Below are positions 23,113-35,737 of a DNA stretch of 35,922 nt, piece after piece. A program made the position numbers and the translations under genes. Every line of letters begins with the position of its first letter. Position 1 is the stretch's first letter. The stretch spans positions 23,153,660-23,189,581 of the forward strand of contig NC_068999.1 of NCBI RefSeq assembly GCF_001194135.2, in the 5' to 3' direction. The DNA is from Octopus bimaculoides. Lineage: Eukaryota. The notes under the pieces are model-generated. The model did no database searches and had not been told where the DNA came from. It was given only the letters and a program-made list of their open reading frames with translations.

Positions 23113-23713
23113 TTCTTCCAGTTTTAGGAATATAGTTTAATTGTTTTATTCTGTAGGTATAAGACTATTTTATTTGCAGGGTATGTATTACTGTAGTGAT
23201 CACTATAGCATAGCAAGCTAATACTATAACCTTGGTCTAATTCTTGAACAAGTTATTTAACTCACTTCATTAGTACCCTTGGAATAGACCTGAATGTCAC
23301 AAGTGTCATTTCCTCATCCCGGAAGTCGATAAGGCTGATCGTCCTTTGTGGATATCTCTAATTATGAAAAGTCACTTGATTCTATTCTGGAATAACTAAT
23401 GCTTAACCATCTTCTATTGATGCTTTTTTCTTTTCCATTCCTGTTTCTGAAAATGAACAAGTAAGATGACTTCTGTAAGATTTGAATTAAAACCTATGAG
23501 ATATTGTGTGCATCTTGTCTGGTTTTCTATTATGTGTACCAAATTAGTCAGCTATTTGAGAAACCAAGCACTAATTTATATATCTTATCTGTGTCAAGAA
23601 GGTCTCCATTGGTTATGATGTTATCTTCTTTACTTTAATACAACTGTTTGTTATCTCTTCTTTTTTTTTCTAATGGCACTCTATCTTAATGCTAAGATTG
23701 TCAGATTCTAAGA

Positions 23714-24410
23714 TTAACCCTTTTAATACTAATCTGCCTAAGACTGCCCTTGGTTCTGTGATAGAAACTTCCTGATTTAACCCTTTAGCATTCAGATTAC
23801 TCTGTCAAATGTAATACATATTTATTTTCATTGTTTTTGAATTAATTATGCATTATCTTGTAGTTTAGAAATTTCAATGATAAGAATGTTTAGTTTTAGA
23901 ATGACATTATGGGGTTAGTGTGAGAAACTGGCCAGTTTCAACTTAAGACAAGTGAAATATTTTGGTTAACTAAAACCAGTTTGAATGCTAAAGGGTTAAA
24001 GTGGTCCTAATTAAATTTTCTATCAAAATTTCATGTTAATTTATGTTCCAAATATCAGGTGAATAGTCCTTTCTACTCTAGGTACAAGACCTGAACTTTT
24101 GCAGGGCGGGGACTCATTGATTACATCGACCCCAGTGCACAGCAGGTGCATATTTTATCAACCCCCAAAACAATGAAAGGCAAAGTTAATCTTAGTGGTG
24201 TTTGAACTCAGAACATAAAGAACTAGAAAAAATGCTGCAAAGTATTTTGTCCAGCATGTTAATGATTCTGCTAGCTCATTGCTGCATTATTAACTTACCA
24301 CCAGGATAATAATGCAAAGCTAGTTTACTAAATTCTTCTTTATTTTCAAAATTTATTGACAATGAAGGCACTGTATTTCAACTGAGATATGGTAACAAAC
24401 GGCACCAGAT
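23714..24410. mobile_element. Older TTAA-type MITE (family B) interrupted by family A and by an (ATT)n SINE (about 24066-24290)
   Basis: Starts TTAACCCTTTT. The pieces at 23718-23776, 24000-24060 and 24300-24410 join into a sequence collinear with the copy at 28290-28506. Confidence 0.65.
23777..23999. mobile_element. piggyBac-like MITE (family A), TTAA TSD, 14-bp perfect TIR
   Basis: TTAA-CCCTTTAGCATTCA ... TGAATGCTAAAGGG-TTAA. Confidence 0.85.
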
Positions 24411-24649
24411 AGACCAGATAACTTATCCTTTTATAGTTTGTCATCAAACTGCAACTATGTTGGGGTACCAACTTGAATGGTTTAGTTAAACAAATTGCTC
24501 CTAATATTTATTTATTTTTTATAAGTCTGGTACTTTATGTCTCTTTTGTTGAACCTCTAATTTACTTAAACAAGGAGATGTAAACAAACCAACACTTGGT
24601 GTGAAGGGGGAATGGGGTATAAAAAGACACACACACATATATATTCATA

Positions 24650-24930
24650 TATGACCTAGTGGTTAGGGTGTTGTGCTCATGATCGCAAGATTATGGTCTC
24701 AGTTCCTAGACCGGGTGGTGTGTTCTTGAGCAAAACATTTCATCTCATGTTGCTCTGCAATCACTTTGACATCTGACATGTGGTACACTATGCACCTGTT
24801 GAAGTAGCATCGATTTGATAGAGGGAGTGAGCTAATGTATAGCACATACACTTGATCACTATAGACAAATCATTTGTGCAGATTGTTCAGCAAAAGCTGA
24901 ACACACACATCTTCAATGAGAGACTTCATC
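24650..24930 (+). mobile_element. Another tRNA-headed SINE with a CORE-like central segment
   Basis: CCTAGTGGTTAGGGTG head followed by GTGTTCTTGAGCAAAACATTTCATC. The family assignment is tentative. Confidence 0.55.
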
Positions 24931-24970
<40 letters not shown>

Positions 24971-24993
24971 GATGAAGTCTCTCATTGAAGATG
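24908..24993. repeat. Perfect 25-bp inverted repeat around (TA)n
   Basis: CATCTTCAATGAGAGACTTCATCGT (24908-24932) and its exact reverse complement (24969-24993). Confidence 0.95.
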
Positions 24994-24999
24994 CGTATA

Positions 25000-25520
25000 T
25001 GACTACTAAACTCCATTTGCGAAGACCTGTTGAGGCAAGTGAAATCGAAACCGAACTAAATTCAACGACTGGCACCCATGCCGACGTCGTCTCCTTCATT
25101 GGACACGAAACTCGGCTTGCGAAGACCTGTTGGGGCAAGCGAAAGCGAAATCGTGATGGCACCTGTGCCCAGCGTCGCCTTCCTGGCACTTGTGCCGGTG
25201 GTACGTGTAAAGACATTCGAGCGAGATCGTTGTCAGTGCCGCTGGACTGGCTCCTGTGCAGGTGGCATGTAAAATACACCATTTTGAGCGTGGCCATTGC
25301 CAGTACCGCCTGACTGGCCTTCGTGCCGGTGGCACGTAAAAGCACCCACTACACTCTCGGAGCGGTTGGCGTTAGGAAGGGCATTCGGCTGTAGAAACTC
25401 TGCCAAATCAGATTGGAGCCTGGTATAGCCATCTGGTTTCACCAGTCCTCAGTCAAATCGTCCAACCCATGCTAGCATAGAAGGTGGACGTTAAACAATG
25501 ATGATGATGATGATGATGAC
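25000..25520 (+). mobile_element. (GAT)n-tailed SINE-like repeat, near full length and young
   Basis: CpG-rich, with two internal duplicated units and a (GAT)n tail. Related degraded copies at 2570-2830(-), 3570-3790(-), 10785-11040(+), 20260-20585(+), 34245-34300(-) and 35140-35290(-). Confidence 0.85.
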
Positions 25521-28289
25521 TAGAGTCTGACACAGCTTTCCAGCTCTGATCAAACCGTCCAACCCATGGATGACGGATGTTAAATGATGATATATATATA
25601 TATATGTATATGTTCTCTTTTATTATTTTACTTGTTTCAGTCATTTGACTGTGGCCATGCTGGAGCACTGCCTTAAAGGGTTGTAGTCAAAGAAATCAAC
25701 CTGAGGACTTATTCTTTGTAAGCCTAGTACTTATTCTATCAGTCTCTTTTGCTAAACTGCTAAGTTATGGGGACAAACACACACACACACATACATGGAA
25801 CCATGTGATTGGGAAGTAAGCTTCTTACCACACACCCATAACATACACACTCACACATATGACAGCATTCTACACAGTTTTTAGCTACCAGATTCACTCA
25901 TAAGGCATTGGTTGGCCTTGAGACACTTGCCCAAAGTGCCATGCAATGAGACTGAACTCAAAGCCACAGGATTGCAAAGCAAGCTTCTTACACAATCATG
26001 CCTATTTTAGAATAATTTTCATTTTAGTACTGCTATGCCTATTTGTTTTTGTATGTGTTTATCTGACCCTTTTATTTTGTTGATTTAAAAATACAAAAAT
26101 AAGAAGTATATTTCACAATATTTTACTGGTACTAATCACTTAGCAGTAAAACTGTTGACAGCTGTAATTTACAATGGCTCATATCCAAATAGCACTAAAG
26201 AAAGGAAAAACATTTTTGTTATTTACTTTACTATTCTCAACTGAAGGCAATTATCACAGCGGTTGTTAATTAAGTTTACACATATTACTACTAAACTGAC
26301 TTGTTTAAGGTATACATACATTCAGTATTTCTTCTATTGAGAGAACTATTTGCTGTCTTATGCCATTTGTCTATGGAACGTCTGGAATGTTAGTGTAGCA
26401 GAAGTAAGCAAATGCTCTATTAGCGTTAAAGAATTAGCTTCAATAATATCTTACAGCTGAAACTCTAACTTTGCTAATTTGTCCATTGCTACATTAAAGA
26501 AACTGCAGCTATATATATATATATATATATATATATGCTCTATCTAAAAATATCTTAAAGTTTGCTTTTTAACTGACAATGAAAATCTCTTTGTGTTTGA
26601 TTTATTATATAATAGGTGTTATTTTATCTTATTGTTTGGATCTGTTTTGAAAGTATTTGCTCGTTGGTGAAAAATCAAGCTTTTGCAAATATTGGCAATG
26701 TTTTCCTCATGTAAGATAACATCTGTTGGATACACTATGAATGATTGATAAGATAAACAGAAGCTTGTTTATTAATGTTTGTTGGTATAGCAATAGAATG
26801 TAACTTAGAAATTCATTGGTAAAGTTTTGGGATTTTCTCTTGTGAAGAATTTTATTGAAACAGAAGAATTTTGATTCCTATTCAATTAATGCTCTAAGTC
26901 TTTGTGATAAATTACTAAAAATCTTTCTTTTAGCTTTTAATGCATTTCAATTAGAGAAAGAAAACTTAAATTTTCAATTTGTAATACTAGATTGCTTCAG
27001 CTTTGAATGAATTTCTTTTTTGTGCAGTCGTATAATAGTAGACTGATATAATGATGCATTCAACTAATTCATTTAATGGTAATAGAGATTCATTCTATTT
27101 AGTTGTTTTAAAATTGTTGCAGGATTTGCATTGTAAACAATGCTGCTTTCTTCTTTGTTATTGTTTTGCTATCAGTTTTTCAACAATCGCATAGGTTGAA
27201 CAGATCTGCAATGCAGCATGGGTTTGATGGATCTACCCTACCATGCATTTCCTCTGTGTAGCTTTGTGTACTTAGACCTTATCTTACTACTTTCTCTCAT
27301 ATCTTCTTTGCTCTAACTCTCACATGAATACTCTCATGCATCAGCGAGGTTTCTTTTTCTGTATCTTTGTTGAGTTACTAGTTACCATGTACTTCCTCTG
27401 TTTTTTTTTTCCACCTCTTCTTTGAATACACATTCACCATACAACATGATTCTTATTTCCATTATAAATAAAATTTGATATTTCTTATCCCTTATGTCTA
27501 TCACTGCATGACTACTATCATACACATGTGGCTTGTTAGATTAATCATATACTCAAATTTCTATGCATATGTGTTTTCACTGGCTCATAATAACCAGAAG
27601 TAGAACTCATCTGGTTAGGACATAAAGATATCTAATACTGCTAACCATCAAACCATAAATAAATTTTCATTAAATTCTCATATTTCCCTTGAATTTCCCT
27701 TATAGTTTCAGTCTTCAGTGTAGTTTATGTTCACTGGGGGAAAAGTATAACTTCTTTGAAGAAATTAGTAAGTTTTATTCATTTCAAATAATTACACAAT
27801 CTCTCTTACACTCCATATTTTAGATAATTTCCTATTTCTAATGCTTTTCAAGTTCTCAAAATTCTGTTTAAGTGAGTTATCTAATATTACCAATCCAAAT
27901 TTCATGGATTATCATTTCCAGACAAGAGGTGCTATGCTTATTCATGGCAAGATTTAATGGATATAAACTCTCTCAGGTATATTTAACCCTTTCTTATTTT
28001 TCTTTTATCATCAACAGTCTTTGTGTTTTATTATTCAAAGCACTGTTGTCCTATTCACCTCCTCTTAAGCTGTGCTAGATTTTGTGAAAGCTTCTTCTAC
28101 ATTATTCTCAATTTTAAATTACAAGTAAAGAAACTAAATACTTAATTTACCTTTTTAAGCCCACTTATTGTTAATTATTCTTCTTAGCAATTTCCTCTTA
28201 ACTAATTATGTAATTTGATCCCTTAAGGCTTTGTTTCAAGAAATGACAAGTTAATTTCCAGAAATCAAGACCCTGTCGAAATATTGTTT

Positions 28290-28506
28290 TACAGATTACA
28301 AACCCACCAAAAACTGCCCCTGGTTCTCTGATAGAAACTTCTTATTTTAAAAAGATGTAAATTAAAACCTACCAAAATTTCTAGCTGGTATATGTTCCAA
28401 ATACCAGTTGAACACTGACAAAGTAATCTATCTAAATTCTTCATAATTTTCAATATTAAAATAAACATAGTGTATTTCAACAGAAATATGGCAGCAAAAG
28501 GCTTAA
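28290..28506. mobile_element. MITE family B, uninterrupted degraded copy
   Basis: ACTGCCCCTGGTTCTCTGATAGAAACTTC ... TATGTTCCAAATACCAG ... GTATTTCAACAGAAATATGG ... AAAGGCTTAA. Confidence 0.6.
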
Positions 28507-28874
28507 GTTCTGTGTTGACTAAATCTTGTAGTGATTTGAGAAATCTGTTCTTATCTTCAAAAGTTCCTTTTCTTCTAGGTACATCCAGAAAACATAAAAG
28601 TATATATGGTTAACAAAATAAAAAAATGTGAGAATGCCATAAGAGTATTTACAGATCCTTATTTTACTATTTTCTGTAACATGTCTATCTCTACACGCAT
28701 AAATAATATGCCAATGTTCTTATAGAAATGGTTGTATATTATTCCAGCTGTACCATTTACAAATGGGATATAGATACATTTCTTAACTGTCATATTTTAT
28801 TTCAACATTTAGGTCAAAATTATAATATGTGGATAGAAATATATATATAATAAAAAGAAATTATTATTAATCAT

Positions 28875-29690
28875 AGTTTTTCCTAAAATAAGCACAAGGT
28901 TTGAAATTTTTGGTGACTATATCAATCCTAGTTCCTAAACTGGTCCTTTATTTTATAAACCTCAAAAAAAAAAAAAAATGAAAGGCAAGGTTGACCTCAG
29001 TGGGATTTGAACTTGGAACTCTTTATATTCTGAGTTTAACCTTTTAGCGGTTAAACTGGCCATATCTGTCTGTTTTATGTTCAAGGGTTAAATCATGTCA
29101 AGGTCAATTTTACCTTTCAACTCATTAAGAGACAATAAAATAAAGTACCTATCAGGTACTAGATTTGATAGTATCAGCTAACCCCTTCCCTTCAAAATTA
29201 GAAATTATTATTAAAAATGGTGGGCTGGTAGAACCATTATTAGCACACAGATAAAAATGCTTTACAGCATTTCTTTTTGCTCTTAATATTCTCAGTTCAA
29301 ATCTTGCCAAAGTCAACTTTGTTTTCATAATGTTGGGATTGATAAAATAAAGTACCAGTCAAGAACTGGGATCAGTACAATAGACTAACTTCCTCTCCTT
29401 AAACTTGCTAGCCTTTTGCCAAAATTTAAAACAATTATTATTATTATTATTATTATTATTAAGATGGCAAGCTGGCAGAATCATTAGCATGCTGAGCGAA
29501 ATGCTTAGCGATATTTCGTCTACTACTACGTTGTGAGTTCAAATTCTGCCAAGGTCGACTTTGCTTTTCATCTTTTTGGAGTCAATGAATTAAGTACCGG
29601 TTGAGTACTGGGGTCAGTATAATCGCCTCTCCCCCTCTCCACAAAATCCAGGCCTTGTGCCTATAGTAGAAAGGATTATTATTATTATTA
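28875..29690. mobile_element. Cluster of (ATT)n-tailed SINEs: one minus copy (about 28875-29020) then three plus copies (about 29025-29200, 29218-29430, 29461-29690)
   Basis: Same A box, B box and centre motifs. The 29461 copy is best preserved and has (ATT)n on both flanks. Confidence 0.8.
29036..29091. mobile_element. Internally deleted mini-copy of MITE family A
   Basis: TTAA-CCTTTTAGCGGTTAAACTGGCCATATC...TGTTTTATGTTCAAGGG-TTAA. Confidence 0.55.
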
Positions 29691-29830
29691 CCTCTGCCTG
29701 AGCGAAGGCAGAGGTATTGCTTACAGTCGTGTTTGTTTGTTTGTCCATGGACAAGATATCTCAAGAACTACTGGATGGATTTGAATGAAACTTGCAGGGA
29801 TGCTTGGTCTGATGACTGGCACAGGACTTG
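29689..29830 (+). mobile_element. Helentron/DINE-1-like non-autonomous element end
   Basis: 10-bp hairpin TACCTCTGCC/GGCAGAGGTA, then (GTTT)n and GAACTACTGGATGGATTTGAATGAAACTTG, the usual layout of these elements. Confidence 0.6.
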
Positions 29831-30176
29831 TGCCTTGAAGAGGAACTTTCTAGGTGCAATCTCATGGTCATTCATGACTGAAGGGGGCCTTTATTCTTGT
29901 CAAAAATGATCATGTTTTTTTCTGCTTCCTTTCAGTAGTTTTTCATCTTTTTGCTTCACAACTAGCTCCATTTTACTATTGTGTTACATTTTTGTTTTCC
30001 TTAATTTTTCTCATTCTTCCTTCTTGAGCTTTGTTTCTGTTTGTTGCATTTTTTGTGTTTTGTATTACTTCTTTATTCCAAGTCACTTTGAGCATTGACT
30101 TCTTGTGAAAATCTTAGCCTTCTCTCTGCAGTTTAAAGCTGCATTCTTTCTCTGACTTTGTTTGACTTCCAGTTAC

Positions 30177-30568
30177 TTACTCTTTTACTCTTTTCAGTCA
30201 TTTGACTGCGGCCATGCTGAAGCACCGCCTTTAGTCGAGCAAATCGACCCCAGGACTTATTTTTTGGAAGCCTAGTACTTATTTTATCGGTCTATTTTGC
30301 CGAACCGCTAAGTTACAGGAACGTAAACACACCACCGTTGGTTGTCAAGCGATGTTGGAGGAACAAACATACACACACACATACATATATATATATACAT
30401 ATATACGACGGGCTTCTTTCAGTTTCCGTCTACCAAATCCACTCACAAGGCTTTGGTTGGCCCAAGGCTATAGCAGAAGACACTTGCCCAAGGTGCCACG
30501 CAGTGGGACTGAACCCGGAACCATGTGGTTGGTAAGCAAGCTACTTACCACACAGCCACTCCTGTGCC
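30177..30568 (-). mobile_element. tRNA-derived SINE with an internal (TA)/(TG) microsatellite, full length
   Basis: Minus-strand head TGGCTGTGTGG (A box) and GGTTCAGTCCC (B box), central microsatellite, tail ending TGACTGAAAAGAGTAAAAGAGTAA. Confidence 0.9.
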
Positions 30569-31639
30569 TTGTTTGGAAAGTTATTTCACTTTCTAATTCA
30601 CTTACTCTCTCTCTCTCCCCTTCACTATTCTAGATGACTCACTTGTAGATTTCATTACATCTTTTCTTGTCTGTAGATGTATCTCTCTTTTGCCCTCTTA
30701 ATGGAAACTTGCATGCACTTCTCCCCTTCATTTCCTAACCTATTCAGTTCACAAAAGACTCCCTCTATTTTATTATTCTAATTCTCCTTGTAGATCTTTA
30801 TCTTCTTACTTTTGCTCTCTTCCTCTTTTGCCATTTTTTCTATCCATTCCTGTATTTCACTCTCTACTCTCTACTAGTGGCTGACTGCTGGCTATTTTCT
30901 AACACCCCTCCCACCCGCGCTTATCAATCTGCCACTTGTTTATCTATTTTCATCTTCCTCTTTTTATGATACTTTCTCTTCTGTCACCTCTGTCACCACA
31001 GCCATTGCTTTCTACTTCCACATTCCTCTGTCATGACAGAGAGAAAGAGACCAGCCAACATATCATGACTAATGCTCAAATTATCATTGAGTCCTTATCC
31101 ATTTCAAGAAAATCCTTGTATTCTGACAGTTTTTACAAGTTTTGATCTCGGATTGTTGGCCTTGTCAGTCTGGGAGATTTGTCTCTAATCATTGTTTTGT
31201 ACTGTGTTTGGTACATGCTTTAACCATTTCATAGTTGTTACAGTTAGGTGTTGTGTATATAACTCAATGAACATAATCACTTGATCATGCCTATGGATAT
31301 ATGTGCAAAGACCAGGCAACCATAAATGGTATAATAAATTATTTCTTTTAGTCTCTTCTTTCATTATTTTTGTTCTGAAAGTTTTTGTTTTTTTTGTTTT
31401 TTTCTGATGTCTATGCTTTGTTCTTGTGCAGCTAAAATTAGAACTTTCTGTTTCTGATTTTAATCCAGAGCCTTTGAACTGTTATTGGTTTTCACTCTTG
31501 TCTCCTCTCTCTTGAGCCTTAAATTGTATATTTCATGGAATGGTTTTTATCTTTTTGTATATTTTGAAATTTCTTGATTTTTTTTTTTTACTTCAGGGTT
31601 GAGAAAAAAAAGTTAAGATTTGCATTCAGTTTATTGACT

Positions 31640-32100
31640 AGCCTTTTCCATTCAAATTCCACTGGGATTGACTTTACTGTTCATCCTTTCAAGGTCAATA
31701 AAATAAGTACCAAGATGTTTTGTGGTTATTCTTCTAGCCCTTATGTTTTGAATTCAAATTGCATAAAAGTCAACATTATCTTTCATCCTTTAGGTGTTGA
31801 TAAAATAAAGCATAATTGTAGTTCTGAGGTTGATTATACCAACTTCCTTCCCCCAAATTGCTGGCTTTTTGACTAAGTCAGAAACAATTATCATTAAGGC
31901 AGTGAGCTGGCAGAGTATTGGGTAAAAACGCTTTGCAGTATTTCTTCTGGCACTTTGTTCCAGGTTCAAATACTGGCAAGGTCAGTTTTGTCTTTAATCC
32001 TTTTGGGGGTCAATGATATAAAGTACCAGTCAACTACTAGGGATGATGGTACCAATTACTCCCCCACCTCAAGATTTTTGGCTCTGTGCCTAAATTAGAA
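31640..32100 (+). mobile_element. Two or three degraded (ATT)n-family SINE copies
   Basis: Repeated AATAAAATAAGTACC / GGTTCAAATAC / GTGCCTAAATTAG motifs. Confidence 0.65.
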
Positions 32101-33199
32101 GCTGTTGTTATCAATATTTTATTTACTGCAATTGATAATATTACTAGATGGTTTTCCTTCTTGCAAAGCTTTTCTAAAGTTATAAATTTTTCAATGATTG
32201 TTAAATTAGTTACCAGATAATCATCTTGATAACTTACAGGTGTTCAGCAAATCTCTTGTATTAATATATTATTTATCTATTTTCCTACAGGATTAGTTTT
32301 AGATGTAAGTTTCTTGTTAGAAACTCAAGCCTTCCTCCCTGCCTAGAGGGTTTCCATTATCTATTTCAAACCACACTTACAAGAGAAGTTTTTTTCATGC
32401 TTTTTCTTGTAAAAAAAAAAACATTTTAAAGAAATCATTAAAAAAATCAACCAAATCTAATGTTAAGATAAAAATTTTTTAAAAATGATAATATAATTTA
32501 AATATAAACTTGTAGGTTGATTTTCAAATTTGAAGACATTTTTGTCTTTTCAAACTTAAAATATATTTCAGTTAATTTTCCATCTATTGTCTATTTGCTT
32601 GTGTTCATATAAATTTGAACAAATCTCTTCTCATAGCTGCGATTTGAAAGTCAACCAATATACAACTAAAGTTTGATATTTACTTGACGGAGTAAGTAGT
32701 GAACAAAAACAAAAAAGAAAACCTTATTCTTCATATTAGTATACAAGTCCATTATAAAGTTTTAAAATTTGTGAATATCAAATTGAGGCCTGAGCCATTT
32801 AACTATCTTATGCCCCTTTTAAAGTTTGGCATTTTTTCTTTATATATTTGCATAATATATGATCTTCATAGCTGAGTCATGGTGGTGCCAACAAATTGAC
32901 ATTTTTTTGTCTGCACTTTTGTGGATGTTAATCATAGAGACTCCACTACTTTAGTGAGAGAGGCTCTATGCAGTTGTTCAGTCTGTTAGAAATAGCAGCC
33001 AGATCTCCACAGATCATACCTAAGCTGTTTTTAAAAATAGATTTATCACAGACAAGTAATTTTTATTTGCCTGTCGTGGTACTTAAATGAGAATGAGATG
33101 TAAGGTGACAATGTTTTTGAGATTCCGGTTCAAATGACATGAGTGTTTTTGTTTCACTTTTGACACGTAATACTTAAATAGTGGAGGAGATATGGTGTT

Positions 33200-33373
33200 G
33201 CTGTGGGTTGGAAGTATGCAAGAAGTTAAAATTTTTTTTTGACTAAAACACAACCGGAATCCTAAGTAAGGCATGTGTATAATTTGAATGAAATTGGTTG
33301 TGTAGTTCTGGAGTTTTAGGGATTCACACAGACACACAGACATACATTCTCAATTTTATATATATATATAGAT
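33200..33373 (+). mobile_element. Helitron-like non-autonomous element 3' end
   Basis: AATTTGAATGAAATTGGTTGTGTAGTTCTGGAG ... (CACAGA)n ... TTTTATATATATAGAT. Confidence 0.5.
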
Positions 33374-35706
33374 TATGTAGTCCTTTTTACACTACTTGAG
33401 ATAGAAGACTGAATTGTCAAGGCTGCAATGCTTTTAATCATACATTTCATGGATCAGAATTGATTTGTGGCTGAACAAATAAAACAGCTGTAGTCTTTTG
33501 TTGACTTAGTCTGACAAATAGTAAGAAGATAATATGAAAGATAACAGTTCAGCATTGAGAACAATTTCTCAAAAATTGACAAATGTTTCATTATAGTATG
33601 TTGCATTGAAATCCTCTCCTGGACAAAGAGAAATAGTTTTAAGTACCATAATACAGAAAGAAACAAATCTCTGGTAATCTGATAATTTTTACATTTTTGT
33701 ATTATTTTTTGTTGTGAAAAGTCTGCCAGATAATTTAATAATTCTGAAGTAACTCTCTTTCTTATTTATTCTGTATTTTATAACAACCTTCTGTGATAAC
33801 GTAATCTATTCGCTTTTGTCATTTCATCAAAACTTAACCTCATTTGCAGATTTTACACCATCTGTTGTTTTTCCCTTAATTTTCTGTTTCGAGTACATGC
33901 TATGCATATCGATCAAAATATGTTTGAAAATAAAATTCAAATGCCATAGCCATTGTCTAGTATATCCTTGAACCAGTTATACCAGTCACATATTAGCTGG
34001 AAGATAGTTAAAACAAATGGCATGAGGAAGGAGAGTCATGCATAAAAAAAAAAAAAACCAACTGCACTGTATAGGTTGAACTGGTGAGTGGAAGTTACTG
34101 ATTGTGTGTTAGTTAATGTGTGGTAACAGGCTGGTTTTAAGCCAATAAACAAGTCCCTTTGTGATTGCTCAATTTACTAGAAATAGTAGCTGTATCTTGT
34201 TGAAAATCATACTCTACAACATTAAATAAGATATAACCAGATATATCATCATCATTTAACATCCACCTTCCATGCTGGCGTGGGTTATACTGTTTGGGAA
34301 AAAAACGACAAGGCAGTCATGACTGGAATACTTTTGATTTGAAAGTCTGCCTCATCAGGGCTGACTTGTGGTTAAACAACTACATGGTTTTAATTTCTGA
34401 TTAAATCTATTTTTTTCCTACTTAATTAGGAGAGAGACATAAACAACCACATGAATTAATAATTGTGGCTAGTGCAGTCTTGTTAATTGAGCCTTACATT
34501 AAATAAATATACAAGTGGCTGGATGTCTATAGACAACTTTATCCTTTATACTTTATGAACAAAGCTGCTTTCATTGTCATTTTATTTCCAACAAAGAAAA
34601 TAACCTGGAAAGAGTGTCTCATCTTTTAACATTTGTTCCTAATATTTACAATGCTGTTAGATAATATCATCAAGCAAGCACCTTTGTAAAGAAAGTGTGT
34701 GTGTGAGTGTGTGTGTTTTCATATTATGTCAATAACGTGTGTCTGTGTATTATGTTCTTTATATGAATGAAGTGTGTTCTGTAGTACTTTACAAATCACA
34801 GATTCAGCATCATTCTATTATTATCACACTTTGAGTAAATTTTGAAAGATTTTAACACATGTTCCTCTGTCAGTGTTCGTCTTTACTTTGTAAATAATAC
34901 TAAAATAGGTGGTGTGAAATTAAATCTACCATCGTTAACTTTATTATGGCTGGCTAGAATTGGAGATAGACTGAGTTAACATTGAATATTCGTTCACAAC
35001 ACAATCAGACATGCTACATTCACGGAGTTGTAGTTTGAAGCGATTTGCTATAACTAGAAATAGAAATAACAAGCAACATTGCTCTTCTGCTTAATTAAGA
35101 GTGTAGAACAAGGTAGTAAACTGTTGATGTATACCAATATCATCATCATCGTTTAACATCAATTTTCCATGTTGGCATGGGTTGAATGGTTTGACAGGAT
35201 CCAGCAAGGTGCAAGTGTCAAATCCCAAGCTTTTGCATAGTTTCTACGGTTGGATACTCTTCCTAACACTGTTCTCTTTGGGGGATGAAAAGGAAAAGAT
35301 AAAAGACCTCTTCAATGAGGAGGGTTAGTATTCGAGAAGGGGAGGGACAATGGTCCTAAGCCAAGTTTTGAGAGGCTTGAATGTGATGGAAGATCAAACC
35401 TAGGTATCTTCTAATGGAGATACAAGGCTAACCCACATGATATAAGGATGGGTGAGAATAGCTGGAAAGAAAACAGAAGTGGTAGGGGTATGTAGGAGCA
35501 TCTCAAGATCCAGTGTCGCACATGGGGTGGAGATAGAAGGGAAAAGATGTGGGTAGATGTGTATATAAGATGTGTATATAGTGAATGATGATAAGAGAGA
35601 TGAGTGGCTCAGGGGTCTATGGTAAGTGAGGTGTGATGGTAGATACGAGAGGACATTGTGAGTAATATATACACGCACATGTGTGTGTGTGTACAATATA
35701 TATAAA

Positions 35707-35736
<30 letters not shown>

Positions 35737-35737
<1 letters not shown>

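Noticed and set aside
26340-26410. Possible exon ending at donor GAA|GTAAGC
   Set aside because: No credible acceptor keeps the single open frame; peptide unrecognised.
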